Shown: piece by piece, positions 22,312-30,640 of the stretch
How the letters are laid out: every line of letters starts with the position of its first letter
Position numbering within the stretch: position 1 is the first letter of the stretch
NCBI GenBank assembly: GCA_963803025.1
Contig: CAWDKZ010000022.1
Coordinates: 11,917-75,916 of the forward strand
Origin: an uncultured Acidimicrobiaceae bacterium
Lineage (GTDB): Bacteria > Actinomycetota > Acidimicrobiia > Acidimicrobiales > Bog-793
Length of the DNA: 64,000 bases
Reading direction: 5' to 3'
Notes under the pieces: generated by a model
The model's input: the letters and a program-made list of their open reading frames with translations, nothing else
Database searches by the model: none
What the model was told of the DNA's origin: nothing
Position numbers and translations under genes: made by a program

Positions 22312-22892
22312 CCTGCCGCGCGGGCCCGCGCCACTGCCGGCGGGCGCGTTGATCGTCCTGCGGCGCCACGTGCCCGGCGATCGGGGGGATGCCGGCCTCT
22401 TTCTTGATCGAGACAGCTCAGCGCCCAAGGGGCGTTCACTCAGATGGAGGGGCGCGCTCGTCTGATACCGGCCACCGGCATCTCACGCCGGTGGGCACCC
22501 GGGGTGCCGAAGGTCGGCTGGTCCGACGAGGCGGCGCGCCATGATCGGTTCGGTCGGCGTCGCTGCTTCGCCCGCCCGGACTCGGGCGGGGAACGCCCGG
22601 TCCTCTGCTCCTGCCGCCGGGCGTGCCCGTCGAGTCGGCGCTCAGGGTCACGACGGGCATCCCGTGAGGCGCGCCCGGAGCAGCTCCGAGGGATCGACTC
22701 GCTCTGCCCGGGCTGGCCGCGAGCAGCAACCCCGGAGGCCGGCCGGCTCACGCCACCGACCCACTGCGGTCCAACCCGGGCGCGGTGCCGCGACTCCCCG
22801 TGGCCGGGCCGCGCTCTCCGCTTTGGCGCGCGATCCGCCACGCGCCTTCACGATCGCCGTTCTGCGGCCCTGGGCGACCGAGTCGCACCCGG

Positions 22893-23483
22893 TCAGTGGA
22901 CGGGGACGCCCCAGATCGGGAACCAGCGGGTGAGGTCCGGCTCGATGGTGAGGTCCTCGGCGAGCTCGTTTTTCAACCGGAGCTCGACCTCGTTGTCCCT
23001 CGTCTCGGCGGCCGCCGGTACGAAGGGGTAGAACGTCCCGCGCTTGTAGAGGTAGACGAGGTAGATCGAGGCCGCCGGTCGGGGCGCGCCCGCCTGGGGC
23101 GTCGGCGCGAAACCGAAGACCGAGCAGAGGAGCTGCGGCCCGTAGCCGTTCTCCTGGAGCGTGGTGTTCGTCATGTGGACCCGCGTGACGAGCGTCTGGA
23201 AGTCGTCCGCCGCGACGACGACCCAGCGGTAGCCGTACTTGTCGGACTCCTCGTGCACCTTCGCCCCGGCGTCGTCGCCGAGGTCGAGGAGCGCCGTGAA
23301 CTCGGTCTCGGTGGAGGCGAAGGCCTGTCCCTCGGCGGGCTTGAAGCACACCCCCGCCTGCCCCGTCGGCTGGATCCCCTCGGACGCCTCCAGGGTGATC
23401 TGCGCCCCGGGCAGCCCGAAGAGCTTGTCGAGGTTGGCCTGGGCCGGTTTCGTCCGGCCGAGCAACGCGTCGAGGAATCCCAT
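22893..23483 (-). CDS. conserved hypothetical protein, resembles the PspA-associated protein PspAB
   Basis: This 196-aa soluble protein is the last gene of the pspA-htpX operon. The identification rests on recollection of the family name and on operon context. Confidence 0.6.
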   Translation of the reverse strand: MGFLDALLGRTKPAQANLDKLFGLPGAQITLEASEGIQPTGQAGVCFKPAEGQAFASTETEFTALLDLGDDAGAKVHEESDKYGYRWVVVAADDFQTLVTRVHMTNTTLQENGYGPQLLCSVFGFAPTPQAGAPRPAASIYLVYLYKRGTFYPFVPAAAETRDNEVELRLKNELAEDLTIEPDLTRWFPIWGVPVH

Positions 23484-23508
23484 CGCCCCGGCTCCGCTGC
23501 GGTCGCTC

Positions 23509-24441
23509 TTAGGCGGGGTTCCGACGCATCTCGGCGTCGAGCTTGGCGAGCTGGTCGAGGCGCTTCTGCAGCGGCGGGTGGGTGGAGAAGAGCGAGGACA
23601 GGCTCATGCCGGGGGCGAGCGCCGGGGCGAAGTAGAAGGCGTTGAAGTGCTCCGCGGCGCGCAGGTCGCGCGACGGGATGCGTGACATCTCACCGCTCAC
23701 CTTGACGAGCGCCTGGGCGAGCAGGGCAGGCTGACCGATGAGGATCGCGCCGCTCCGATCGGCCGCGAGCTCGCGGTAGCGCGAGAGCGCCCGGATGAGC
23801 ACGAAGCTGATCGCGTAAAAGATCGCCGAGACGAGGATCATCCCGAGCTCGAAGAGCGCGACCTGGCCACCGCCGCCACCGCCCCTGCCCCGGTTGCCCC
23901 CGCCGCCGAAGAGGCCCATGAACATGAACATCCTGGTCATGAGCCCGGCGAGGATCCCGAGGAAGCTCGCGATCGTCATCACGGCGACGTCGCGGTGGGC
24001 GACGTGGGAGAGCTCGTGGGCGAGCACCGCCTCGACCTCGGGCTCGTTCAGCCGGCGGAGGAGCCCGGTCGTCACGCAGACGACGGCGTGCTTCTGGTCG
24101 CGCCCGGTGGCGAACGCGTTCGGGATGTCGGTCGGCGCGAGCGCGACGAGCGGCTTGGGCATGTCCGCCATCGCGACGAGCCGATCGATGACGGCGTGGA
24201 GCTGGGGCTGCTGCTCGCGGCTCACGATCCGCCCGCCCATCGAGTACAGGGCGATCTTGTCGGAGAAGTAGTACTGGACGAACAGGATCCCGAAACCGAT
24301 GACGAGGATGACGCCGAGGTTGATCTTGGCGAGCACGAGCGCCGTGATGAACACGGCGTAGAGCAGTCCGAGGAGGAACACCGTCAGCAGCATGTGGCCC
24401 GTGAGGCCACGGTCGGCCGGGTAACGAGAGCGGGTTGCCAT
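23509..24441 (-). CDS. htpX: zinc metalloprotease HtpX (M48 family)
   Basis: It has the HELSHVAHRD zinc motif, four TM segments and a glycine-rich loop. Confidence 0.92.
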   Translation of the reverse strand: MATRSRYPADRGLTGHMLLTVFLLGLLYAVFITALVLAKINLGVILVIGFGILFVQYYFSDKIALYSMGGRIVSREQQPQLHAVIDRLVAMADMPKPLVALAPTDIPNAFATGRDQKHAVVCVTTGLLRRLNEPEVEAVLAHELSHVAHRDVAVMTIASFLGILAGLMTRMFMFMGLFGGGGNRGRGGGGGGQVALFELGMILVSAIFYAISFVLIRALSRYRELAADRSGAILIGQPALLAQALVKVSGEMSRIPSRDLRAAEHFNAFYFAPALAPGMSLSSLFSTHPPLQKRLDQLAKLDAEMRRNPA

Positions 24442-24450
24442 TTCCGGCGT

Positions 24451-24741
24451 TCAGCCCTTCTTCCTCTTGACCTTGATCGTCTCGGACGACAGCAACTCCT
24501 GCACCTCGGCGAGCGTCGATGCCGCGGCAGGCAGCGCGAGGTCCGAGGGTGTGATGACGCTCGGGTCGAGCCTCTTGCCCGAGTTGTGCACCGTCTTCAG
24601 GAGCGCGGCGAGCGCCTTGACGAACGCGGCTTCGTCGCTCTTGTCGAGTGCCTTTCCGAGCTTCGCGTCGAGGTCGTTGAGCTTCTTCGCGGTCGGCTTG
24701 TCGACCTTGTACTGGCCGTCTTCGAGGATGCGGACGATCAT
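24451..24741 (-). CDS. small helical protein, resembles the PspA-associated protein PspAA
   Basis: The 96-aa product starts MIVRILEDGQYKVDKPTAKKLNDLDAKL. Its start overlaps the pspA stop (ATGA). Confidence 0.6.
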   Translation of the reverse strand: MIVRILEDGQYKVDKPTAKKLNDLDAKLGKALDKSDEAAFVKALAALLKTVHNSGKRLDPSVITPSDLALPAAASTLAEVQELLSSETIKVKRKKG

Positions 24742-25613
24742 GACTCACCATCCGCGTCCGGGATGGTGAACGGGTCGGGGGTCTTCGTCGCGGCTTTATC
24801 CGGCGCGTCCTGCACCGGTTCGGCGTCGACGACCTTGTCCTCTTCCGGTGCCTCTTCTTCTTCCGGTGCCTCTTCTTCCGGCTTGTCCGGCGTACCGAGC
24901 GCGCCGGCTGGCGCGGCGACGGCGAGCTGGCCTTTCAGCTGGGCGAGCTCGGCGTCGACCTGGCCGGACTGGGAGGCCTTGTCGAGCTCGGCCTGGATCG
25001 GGTCCGTGCTCCCGGTGAGGTCGGTGAGTGCGCCCGAGGCGAGGAGCTCGTCGACGGCCCCGGCGCGCGCCTGCATCTGGGCGATCTTGTCCTGGGCCCG
25101 TTGCATCGCCATGCCGGTGTCACTCATCGACTCGGAGATGCCCGAGACGGCCTCGCCGATCTTGGTCTGGGCCTGGGCGGCGGTGTAGCTCGCCTTCAGC
25201 GTCTCTTTCTGGGTGCGGAACGCCTCGACGCGCGACTGGAGCTGTTGGGTCGTCTGGACGAGCTTGTCCTCCTGCGCGACGAGCTGGTCGTGCTGGGTCT
25301 TCAGCCCTTCGAGCTGGGTCGCGATCGCGGCACGCCGCGTGAGCGCCTCGCGGGCGAGGTCCTCGCGGTTCTGGCCGAGGGCCGTGCGTGCCTGATCTTG
25401 CAGCTTGTTGGCACTCACCTGGAGCTGCTCGGCCTGGAGTTCGATCCGCTTGCGGGCGGTCGCGACGTCGGCGACGCCCCGGCGCACCTGCTGGAGCTGC
25501 TCGAGCTGTTTCTCATAGGAGAGATCGAGCGTCTCGCGGGGGTCCTCGACGCGGTCGAGGACCTTGTTCGCCTTCGCCTGCACGACGCCGCTCAGGCGTT
25601 TCATCACGCTCAT
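24738..25613 (-). CDS. pspA: phage shock protein A / IM30 family (ESCRT-III-like), with an acidic C-terminal tail
   Basis: ATG 25613 gives MSVMKRLSGVVQAKANKVLDRVEDPRETLDLSYEKQLEQLQQVRRGVADV, a long coiled coil. The tail is PEEEAPEEEEAPEEDK. Confidence 0.9.
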   Translation of the reverse strand: MSVMKRLSGVVQAKANKVLDRVEDPRETLDLSYEKQLEQLQQVRRGVADVATARKRIELQAEQLQVSANKLQDQARTALGQNREDLAREALTRRAAIATQLEGLKTQHDQLVAQEDKLVQTTQQLQSRVEAFRTQKETLKASYTAAQAQTKIGEAVSGISESMSDTGMAMQRAQDKIAQMQARAGAVDELLASGALTDLTGSTDPIQAELDKASQSGQVDAELAQLKGQLAVAAPAGALGTPDKPEEEAPEEEEAPEEDKVVDAEPVQDAPDKAATKTPDPFTIPDADGES

Positions 25614-25791
25614 CGCTCGCTCCCTCCGAGACGAACCGGCCAATTCGGGGCCGATCCTTAGCCAGACGCTCCCGCACCCGCGAGATGGCGGCCGCGGCCT
25701 TCGACGATGTGAGCATACGCCGACCGCTCGCTGTCTTGGCGGGCGGGCCAGGCCGATCGGACCGTCGATCGCGGGCGGTATCTTCGTTCCC

Positions 25792-26679
25792 ATGCGGGAT
25801 CGTCTCTGTCTTCTCGCCGTGCACGCCCACCCGGACGACGAGGCGTCGAAGGGTGCGGGAACGATCGCGCGCTACCACGCCGAGGGCGTGCACACGGTGC
25901 TCGTGACGGCGACCGGCGGGGAGGAAGGCGAGATCCTCAACCCCTCGTTCGACACGGCCGAGGTCCGCGCCGACATCGGCGCGATCCGCCGCCGCGAGCT
26001 CGCGGCCGCAGCCGCCGTGATCGGCTACGACGAGGTCGTGCTGCTGGGGTACCGGGACTCGGGGATGGCCGACACGCCGGCGAACACCGATCCGCGCTGT
26101 TTCGCCCAGGCGCCGCTCGCCGAGGCGGTCGGTCGGCTCATCGCCGAGATCCGCCGGGTCCGCCCGCAGGTGATCGTGACCTATCCCGACGAGCAGAGCC
26201 GGTACCGGCACCCCGACCACCTCCGGGTGCACGAGATCTCCGTCGTCGCGTTCGACGCCGCCGGTGACCCCGCGGCCTTCCCGCGCGCCGGCGAGGCCTA
26301 CCAGCCCGAGAAGCTCTACTTCACGGTGTGGTCGCTCGAGCAGACGATGCGGCGGCACGAGAAGTTCCTCGAGCTTGGCATCGACTCGCCGTACGCCGAG
26401 TGGTTCGAAGACGGCTGGCCGAACCGGGTGAGCGAGGTCGCGCCCACGGCGAGGATCGACGTCCGGGAGTACTACGACGCCCGCCGCGGCGGCCTTCTCG
26501 CCCACGCGACCCAGATCGACCCGTCGTCGCCGTTCTGGTTCGGGCTGCCCGAGGACGTCGACCGCGCCCTCTACGCGGCCGACGCCTACGTGTGCGCCCG
26601 CAGCCTCGTCGGGCCGATCGGCGAGGAGGACGACCTGTTCGCCGGGATCAGGGAGAAAGTCACGGCCTCCGGGGGGTAG
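25792..26679 (+). CDS. mca: mycothiol conjugate amidase Mca (LmbE/PIG-L deacetylase family)
   Basis: MRDRLCLLAVHAHPDDEASKGAGTIARYHAEGVHTVLVTATGGEEGEILNP and the C-terminal HATQIDP...DDLFAGI match Mca. The related MshB cannot be excluded. Confidence 0.8.
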   Translation: MRDRLCLLAVHAHPDDEASKGAGTIARYHAEGVHTVLVTATGGEEGEILNPSFDTAEVRADIGAIRRRELAAAAAVIGYDEVVLLGYRDSGMADTPANTDPRCFAQAPLAEAVGRLIAEIRRVRPQVIVTYPDEQSRYRHPDHLRVHEISVVAFDAAGDPAAFPRAGEAYQPEKLYFTVWSLEQTMRRHEKFLELGIDSPYAEWFEDGWPNRVSEVAPTARIDVREYYDARRGGLLAHATQIDPSSPFWFGLPEDVDRALYAADAYVCARSLVGPIGEEDDLFAGIREKVTASGG

Positions 26680-26737
26680 AAAAGGGGGGCGGCGTTCCCG
26701 AGGGAGCCGCCGGCCGACTCACCAAGGAGGTCCCGAC

Positions 26738-27124
26738 GTGGCGAAGTGGCTCACCCAGGAGTGGCTCGACGAGAGCACCCGTCTCGCCGCGACCCAACCG
26801 GTCCATCCGGGCGCCTCGGCGAGGCTCCAGTACGTCGTCACCGGTGGTCCCGCCGGCGACGTGGCGTACTACTGGATCGTCCAGGACGGTCAGCTCGTCG
26901 AGAACCGGTTGGGCGAGCTCGCCGATTCCGAGGTGACGCTCACCGAGAGCTACGAGGACGCGAAGCGGATGCAGCAGGGCGAGCTCGACACGAACACCGC
27001 GTTCATGCAGGGCAAGGTCAAGGTGACCGGCGACGTCGCCAAGCTCATGGCGCTGCTGCCGATCACGATGTCGCCGGAGTTCGCCGAGTTCGAGAAACAG
27101 GTGCTCGCGATCACCGAGTTCTGA
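26738..27124 (+). CDS. SCP2 sterol-binding domain protein
   Basis: The 128-aa product contains AFMQGKVKVTGDVAKLMALLPI, typical of SCP2. The start codon is GTG. Confidence 0.75.
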   Translation: MAKWLTQEWLDESTRLAATQPVHPGASARLQYVVTGGPAGDVAYYWIVQDGQLVENRLGELADSEVTLTESYEDAKRMQQGELDTNTAFMQGKVKVTGDVAKLMALLPITMSPEFAEFEKQVLAITEF

Positions 27125-27235
27125 TTCGCTCGCCCGCGTCACCGGCGGAGCGGCGGCCGTTCCAACGATTGGCCCACACTCGGTACGATGTGGAGGTGGC
27201 GAAGCCGCGACGTTGGCCTTCCGTTGCGACCTTCG

Positions 27236-28495
27236 ATGTCCGCTGAGTTCGTCCACCTCTCCTCGATCATCCGGAGCCCGCTCGTCGACCCGGTGGGGGA
27301 ACGGATCGGTCGGGTCGACGACCTGATCGTCCGTCTCGACGGCAAGCCGCACCCGCCGATCACCGGGGTCGTCGCGCGCGTCGCCGGGCGCGAACTCTTC
27401 ATCCCGGTCGAGCGGATCGCGACGATGCGGCCCCGGTTCGTCCAGCTGATCGGGCAGACGCTCGCGCTCGGCCGCTTCGAACGCCGGCCGGGCGAGCTGC
27501 TGCTGGCCCGCGACCTCCAGGCACGCCATCTCATCCATATCGTCGGCGCGCACCTCATCCGGGCGAACGAGATCGAGCTCGCCGAGACCGATGGCCTCTG
27601 GCAGGTCGTCGGTGTCGACCCCTCGGGCCGCGGCGTGCTGCGTCGCCTCATGCCGCGCCCCCTCGCCTGCCGGATCCGCACGAAGTCGCTCGTCGACTGG
27701 GGGAGCATCGAGCCGTTCGTCGCGCACGTGCCGACCGCGCGCATGCGGATCCCGTTGCGCAAGCTCTCCCGGCTGCGCCCGGCGCAGATCGCCGACCTCG
27801 TCGAGGCGGCTTCGCACGAGGAGGGCGAGGAGATCATCGAGGCGGTGAGCCTCGACCGGGAGCTCGAAGCCGATGTGTTTGAGGAACTCGACCCCGAGCA
27901 TCAGCGGGAGTTCCTCGAATCCCGTTCGAACGCCGAGGCGGCGCGCGTGCTCGCGACGATGGCGCCGGACGACGCCGCGGATCTCATCAACGATCTCGAT
28001 CAGGATCGCCGCGTCGCCGTGCTCGAGACGCTGCCGCCGCGCCAGCAGGCCAAGGTGCGCCGGCTGCTCAACTACAACCCGGAGACCGGCGGGGGGTTGA
28101 TGAACCCGGACTTCCTGTCCCTTCCCGCCACGACGACGGCCGGGGAGGCGTTGGAGGCGATCCGCCGCAGTGACACCGCGCCCGAGGCGCTGGCGACGGT
28201 GTACACGAGCGACCAAGAAGGTCGGATCTCCGGGACGGTCTCGGTCGTGCGGCTCCTGAAGGCCTCCCCCCGGGCCAAGCTGTCTTCGATCGCCGAACGC
28301 GATCCCCCGACGGTGCGCGCCGACGCGGACATCCACGCGATCGTGCGCAAGATGTCGGACTTCAACCTCTCGACGGCACCGGTCGTCGACGAGGACCACC
28401 GCATGCTCGGCGTCATCACCGTCGACGACGTGCTCGAGCTGTTGCTGCCGACGGGGTGGCGGCGCGACTTCGGGATGACCGCGGCGGACGAGTAG
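27236..28495 (+). CDS. soluble PRC-barrel / MgtE N-terminal domain / tandem CBS protein (no membrane domain)
   Basis: The N-terminal SPLVDPVGERIGRVDDLIVRLDG is PRC-barrel-like. It is followed by MgtE_N-like ATMAPDDAADLINDLDQDRRVAVLETLP and then CBS-like segments. No TM helices are present. Confidence 0.8.
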   Translation: MSAEFVHLSSIIRSPLVDPVGERIGRVDDLIVRLDGKPHPPITGVVARVAGRELFIPVERIATMRPRFVQLIGQTLALGRFERRPGELLLARDLQARHLIHIVGAHLIRANEIELAETDGLWQVVGVDPSGRGVLRRLMPRPLACRIRTKSLVDWGSIEPFVAHVPTARMRIPLRKLSRLRPAQIADLVEAASHEEGEEIIEAVSLDRELEADVFEELDPEHQREFLESRSNAEAARVLATMAPDDAADLINDLDQDRRVAVLETLPPRQQAKVRRLLNYNPETGGGLMNPDFLSLPATTTAGEALEAIRRSDTAPEALATVYTSDQEGRISGTVSVVRLLKASPRAKLSSIAERDPPTVRADADIHAIVRKMSDFNLSTAPVVDEDHRMLGVITVDDVLELLLPTGWRRDFGMTAADE

Positions 28496-28586
28496 CCGGA
28501 CCCAGCCGACGCCGATCGCCTTGGTCGCGCCGTTACAGTTGGCGCGAGGGCGCGTCCGCGTCCAGGGAAGATCGGCAAGGCGACCC

Positions 28587-30104
28587 ATGCGTGCGTTGAG
28601 AACCCTCGCTCCCCTCGTGCTCCTCGTGGCTGGCTCGGCGTCGTTTCTCGGCGCGGGAGCGGCGAACGTGTCCAGCCGCGCCCGGGTCGCGGGCCACGCG
28701 ACCCCGGCGACGGTGAACTGGGCGACCTGTCGCGGCCACGCCACGTTCCGCTGCGCGTCGATCCCCGTGCCGATCGACTACGCGAAACCCTCGCTCGGCA
28801 CGATCGACCTCGCCGTCGTGATGCTCCCCTCGACCGGCGAGCATCCGCTCGGCGACGTCTTCACGAACCCGGGTGGACCAGGCGGCTCGGGGGTGGACTT
28901 CCTCGAGCAGAACGCGTCGTCGTTCCCTGCCTCGCTACGTGCGAGGTTCAACGTCGTGAGCTGGGACCCACGCGGCGTCGATCGCAGTGATCCCGTCGAC
29001 TGCGTCAACGCCAACGGCGTCCGCAAGCTCACCCAGACCGACCCGCAGCCTTCGACGCCGGCCGAGATCGCGCTGGTCGTGAAGGAGACGAAAGCGTTCG
29101 TCGCGGACTGTGTCGCGCACACGTCGCGTCTTCTGCTCGAGAACGTCGGGACGCGCACGACGATCGAGGATCTCGACCGCCTGCGCGCCGACCTCGGGCA
29201 GGCCAAGCTCGATTATCTCGGCTTCTCCTACGGGACGTACATCGGCGAGCAGTACGCGGAGAAGTACCCCACCCACATTCGGGCGATGGTTCTCGACGGC
29301 GCGCTCGACCCGGCCCTCTCCCTCACCGCGGGGGACCGCCAGCAGGCGCTCGGCTTCGAGCTCGACCTGCACGCCTTCTTCCACTGGTGCGATGCGAACG
29401 CGTCCTGCCACAAGCTCCTGCCCAGCGGCGCGCAGGTCTCCTACGACAAGCTGTTCGCGTTCTTCGATGCGGGTGGGGTCATCTCGGCTGACTTCAAGCC
29501 GCTCTACGGCGGGGTCCAGCCGGTGACCCTCGGCGTCGCCGAGCTCGGCGTGATCTCGACGCTGTATTCCGACCAAGCCTGGCCCTATCTCGGCCAGGCG
29601 ATCGAACAGGGTCTGCACCGCAACGGCGACCTGCTCGCGGAGCTCGCCTACCAATACGAGGGGCTGCAGCCCAACGGCACCTTCACGAACGAGGACGAGG
29701 CGAACGTCGCGATCAACTGCGTCGACTCCCCATCGCCGCGACAGCTGTCGTTCTACGAGAGGCTCGCGAAGCAACTCGCCGCCGTCGCACCGGACTTCGG
29801 GACGTCGGAGGCGTGGGGTTCGCTGACCTGCGCCTACTGGCCGATACCGGCACAGGGGACCCCCGGCCCGATCCACGCCCCGGGCACGCCGAAGATCCTC
29901 GTCGTCGGCTCGACGGGCGACCCCGCGACCCCCTACGCCTGGGCGAAGGCGATCGCCGCGCAGCTCGACAACGCGGTGTTGCTCACGCGGACGGGAACCG
30001 GCCACACGGGGTACTTCTCGAGTTCGTGCATCCGGAGCTACGTCGACCGCTATCTCGAGACCCTCGCGACGCCGGCGGCCCACACCGTCTGTCCGAGCGA
30101 CTGA
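28587..30104 (+). CDS. secreted alpha/beta hydrolase, tripeptidyl aminopeptidase (TAP) family
   Basis: The signal-like MRALRTLAPLVLLVAGSASFLGAGAA is followed by NPGGPGGSG and GFSYGTYIG (nucleophile elbow). Confidence 0.85.
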   Translation: MRALRTLAPLVLLVAGSASFLGAGAANVSSRARVAGHATPATVNWATCRGHATFRCASIPVPIDYAKPSLGTIDLAVVMLPSTGEHPLGDVFTNPGGPGGSGVDFLEQNASSFPASLRARFNVVSWDPRGVDRSDPVDCVNANGVRKLTQTDPQPSTPAEIALVVKETKAFVADCVAHTSRLLLENVGTRTTIEDLDRLRADLGQAKLDYLGFSYGTYIGEQYAEKYPTHIRAMVLDGALDPALSLTAGDRQQALGFELDLHAFFHWCDANASCHKLLPSGAQVSYDKLFAFFDAGGVISADFKPLYGGVQPVTLGVAELGVISTLYSDQAWPYLGQAIEQGLHRNGDLLAELAYQYEGLQPNGTFTNEDEANVAINCVDSPSPRQLSFYERLAKQLAAVAPDFGTSEAWGSLTCAYWPIPAQGTPGPIHAPGTPKILVVGSTGDPATPYAWAKAIAAQLDNAVLLTRTGTGHTGYFSSSCIRSYVDRYLETLATPAAHTVCPSD

Positions 30105-30245
30105 CGGCGGGAGGAGCGAGCGGCCGCGACCGCGCCGGGGCCGGACGGATTTTCGCCCGGGCCGTCCGGACGGACCGCGAGGTGTTCCTCGTGAAGTGCT
30201 GGAGCGTCGCGGGCGACCCGGGTAACATCCCCGTGCAAGCAGTCG

Positions 30246-30405
30246 CACCTCGTTCGGTGAGGCGGCTCGTCGCACAGAGGCCACTGACCCCACCTGTCGA
30301 AAGACACTCCGGGTCAGGACAGACTTTCCCGGCACAAGGGATCGTCCGAAGTGGCTGGCCGTACGGCCCACGGCGGCGGGCGCCAAAGCTCTGACGAGAG
30401 GGGTG
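30246..30405 (+). promoter_or_regulatory. M-box (ykoK leader) Mg2+-sensing riboswitch
   Basis: Hand alignment to the B. subtilis mgtE M-box finds four matching blocks: CGUUCGGUGAGGC (vs GUUAGGUGAGGC), GUCGAAAGAC...GGGUCAGGACAG (vs GUCCAAAGACGCUAAUGGGUCAACAG), CACAAGGG (vs CAUAAGGUG) and GCCAAAGCUCUGACGAG (vs GCUAAAGCUCUACGAU). A P1 pairing CCUCGU/ACGAG closes the element, which is about 160 nt. It lies 235 nt upstream of a transporter gene. Confidence 0.75.
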
Positions 30406-30640
30406 CGCCGAGGCGTTTGCCGCGGCGGTCCGTGCCCAACGGACTCCACCCACGCCGACTGGAGCTTGGGCACGACAAGGGAGAACCCCTGAGCGCCGAT
30501 AGACGTTCGTCCGACCGACGATGGCGCACGTCTCTCACGAGGTGACATGAGGGTTCGGTGACCCGAACCGGCCTCCTGCGGGCGTGCGCGACCGAACAGC
30601 AACGTCCGCGAAGCCCGAATCTGCGGGAGGTCGACCGAGC

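Noticed and set aside
22312-22892. tmRNA, RNase P RNA or SRP RNA in the long convergent spacer
   Set aside because: I looked on both strands for the hallmarks of each. For tmRNA I found no GGGG...UUCGAC 5' end, no ...CUCCACCA 3' end and no ALAA-stop tag frame. For RNase P I found no GAGGAAAGUCCGG or ACAGAA. For SRP I found no GGAA tetraloop followed by AGCAGC. Only partial chance resemblances were present, so the region is kept as an unexplained finding.
24780-24900. Short tandem repetition (GGTGCCTCTTCTTC...) suggestive of a repeat element
   Set aside because: It encodes the acidic PEEEAPEEEEAPEEDK tail of PspA. This is low-complexity coding sequence, not a repeat array or CRISPR.
30105-30640. 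RNase P RNA, tmRNA, cobalamin or TPP riboswitch, or hammerhead (CUGACGAG) in the leader of the NRAMP-like gene
   Set aside because: Each matched only one short motif (GCCACUG, GGGGUGC, UUUCGAC on the reverse strand). A reverse-strand tmRNA would overlap the hydrolase CDS. The whole 160-nt core aligns much better to the M-box.
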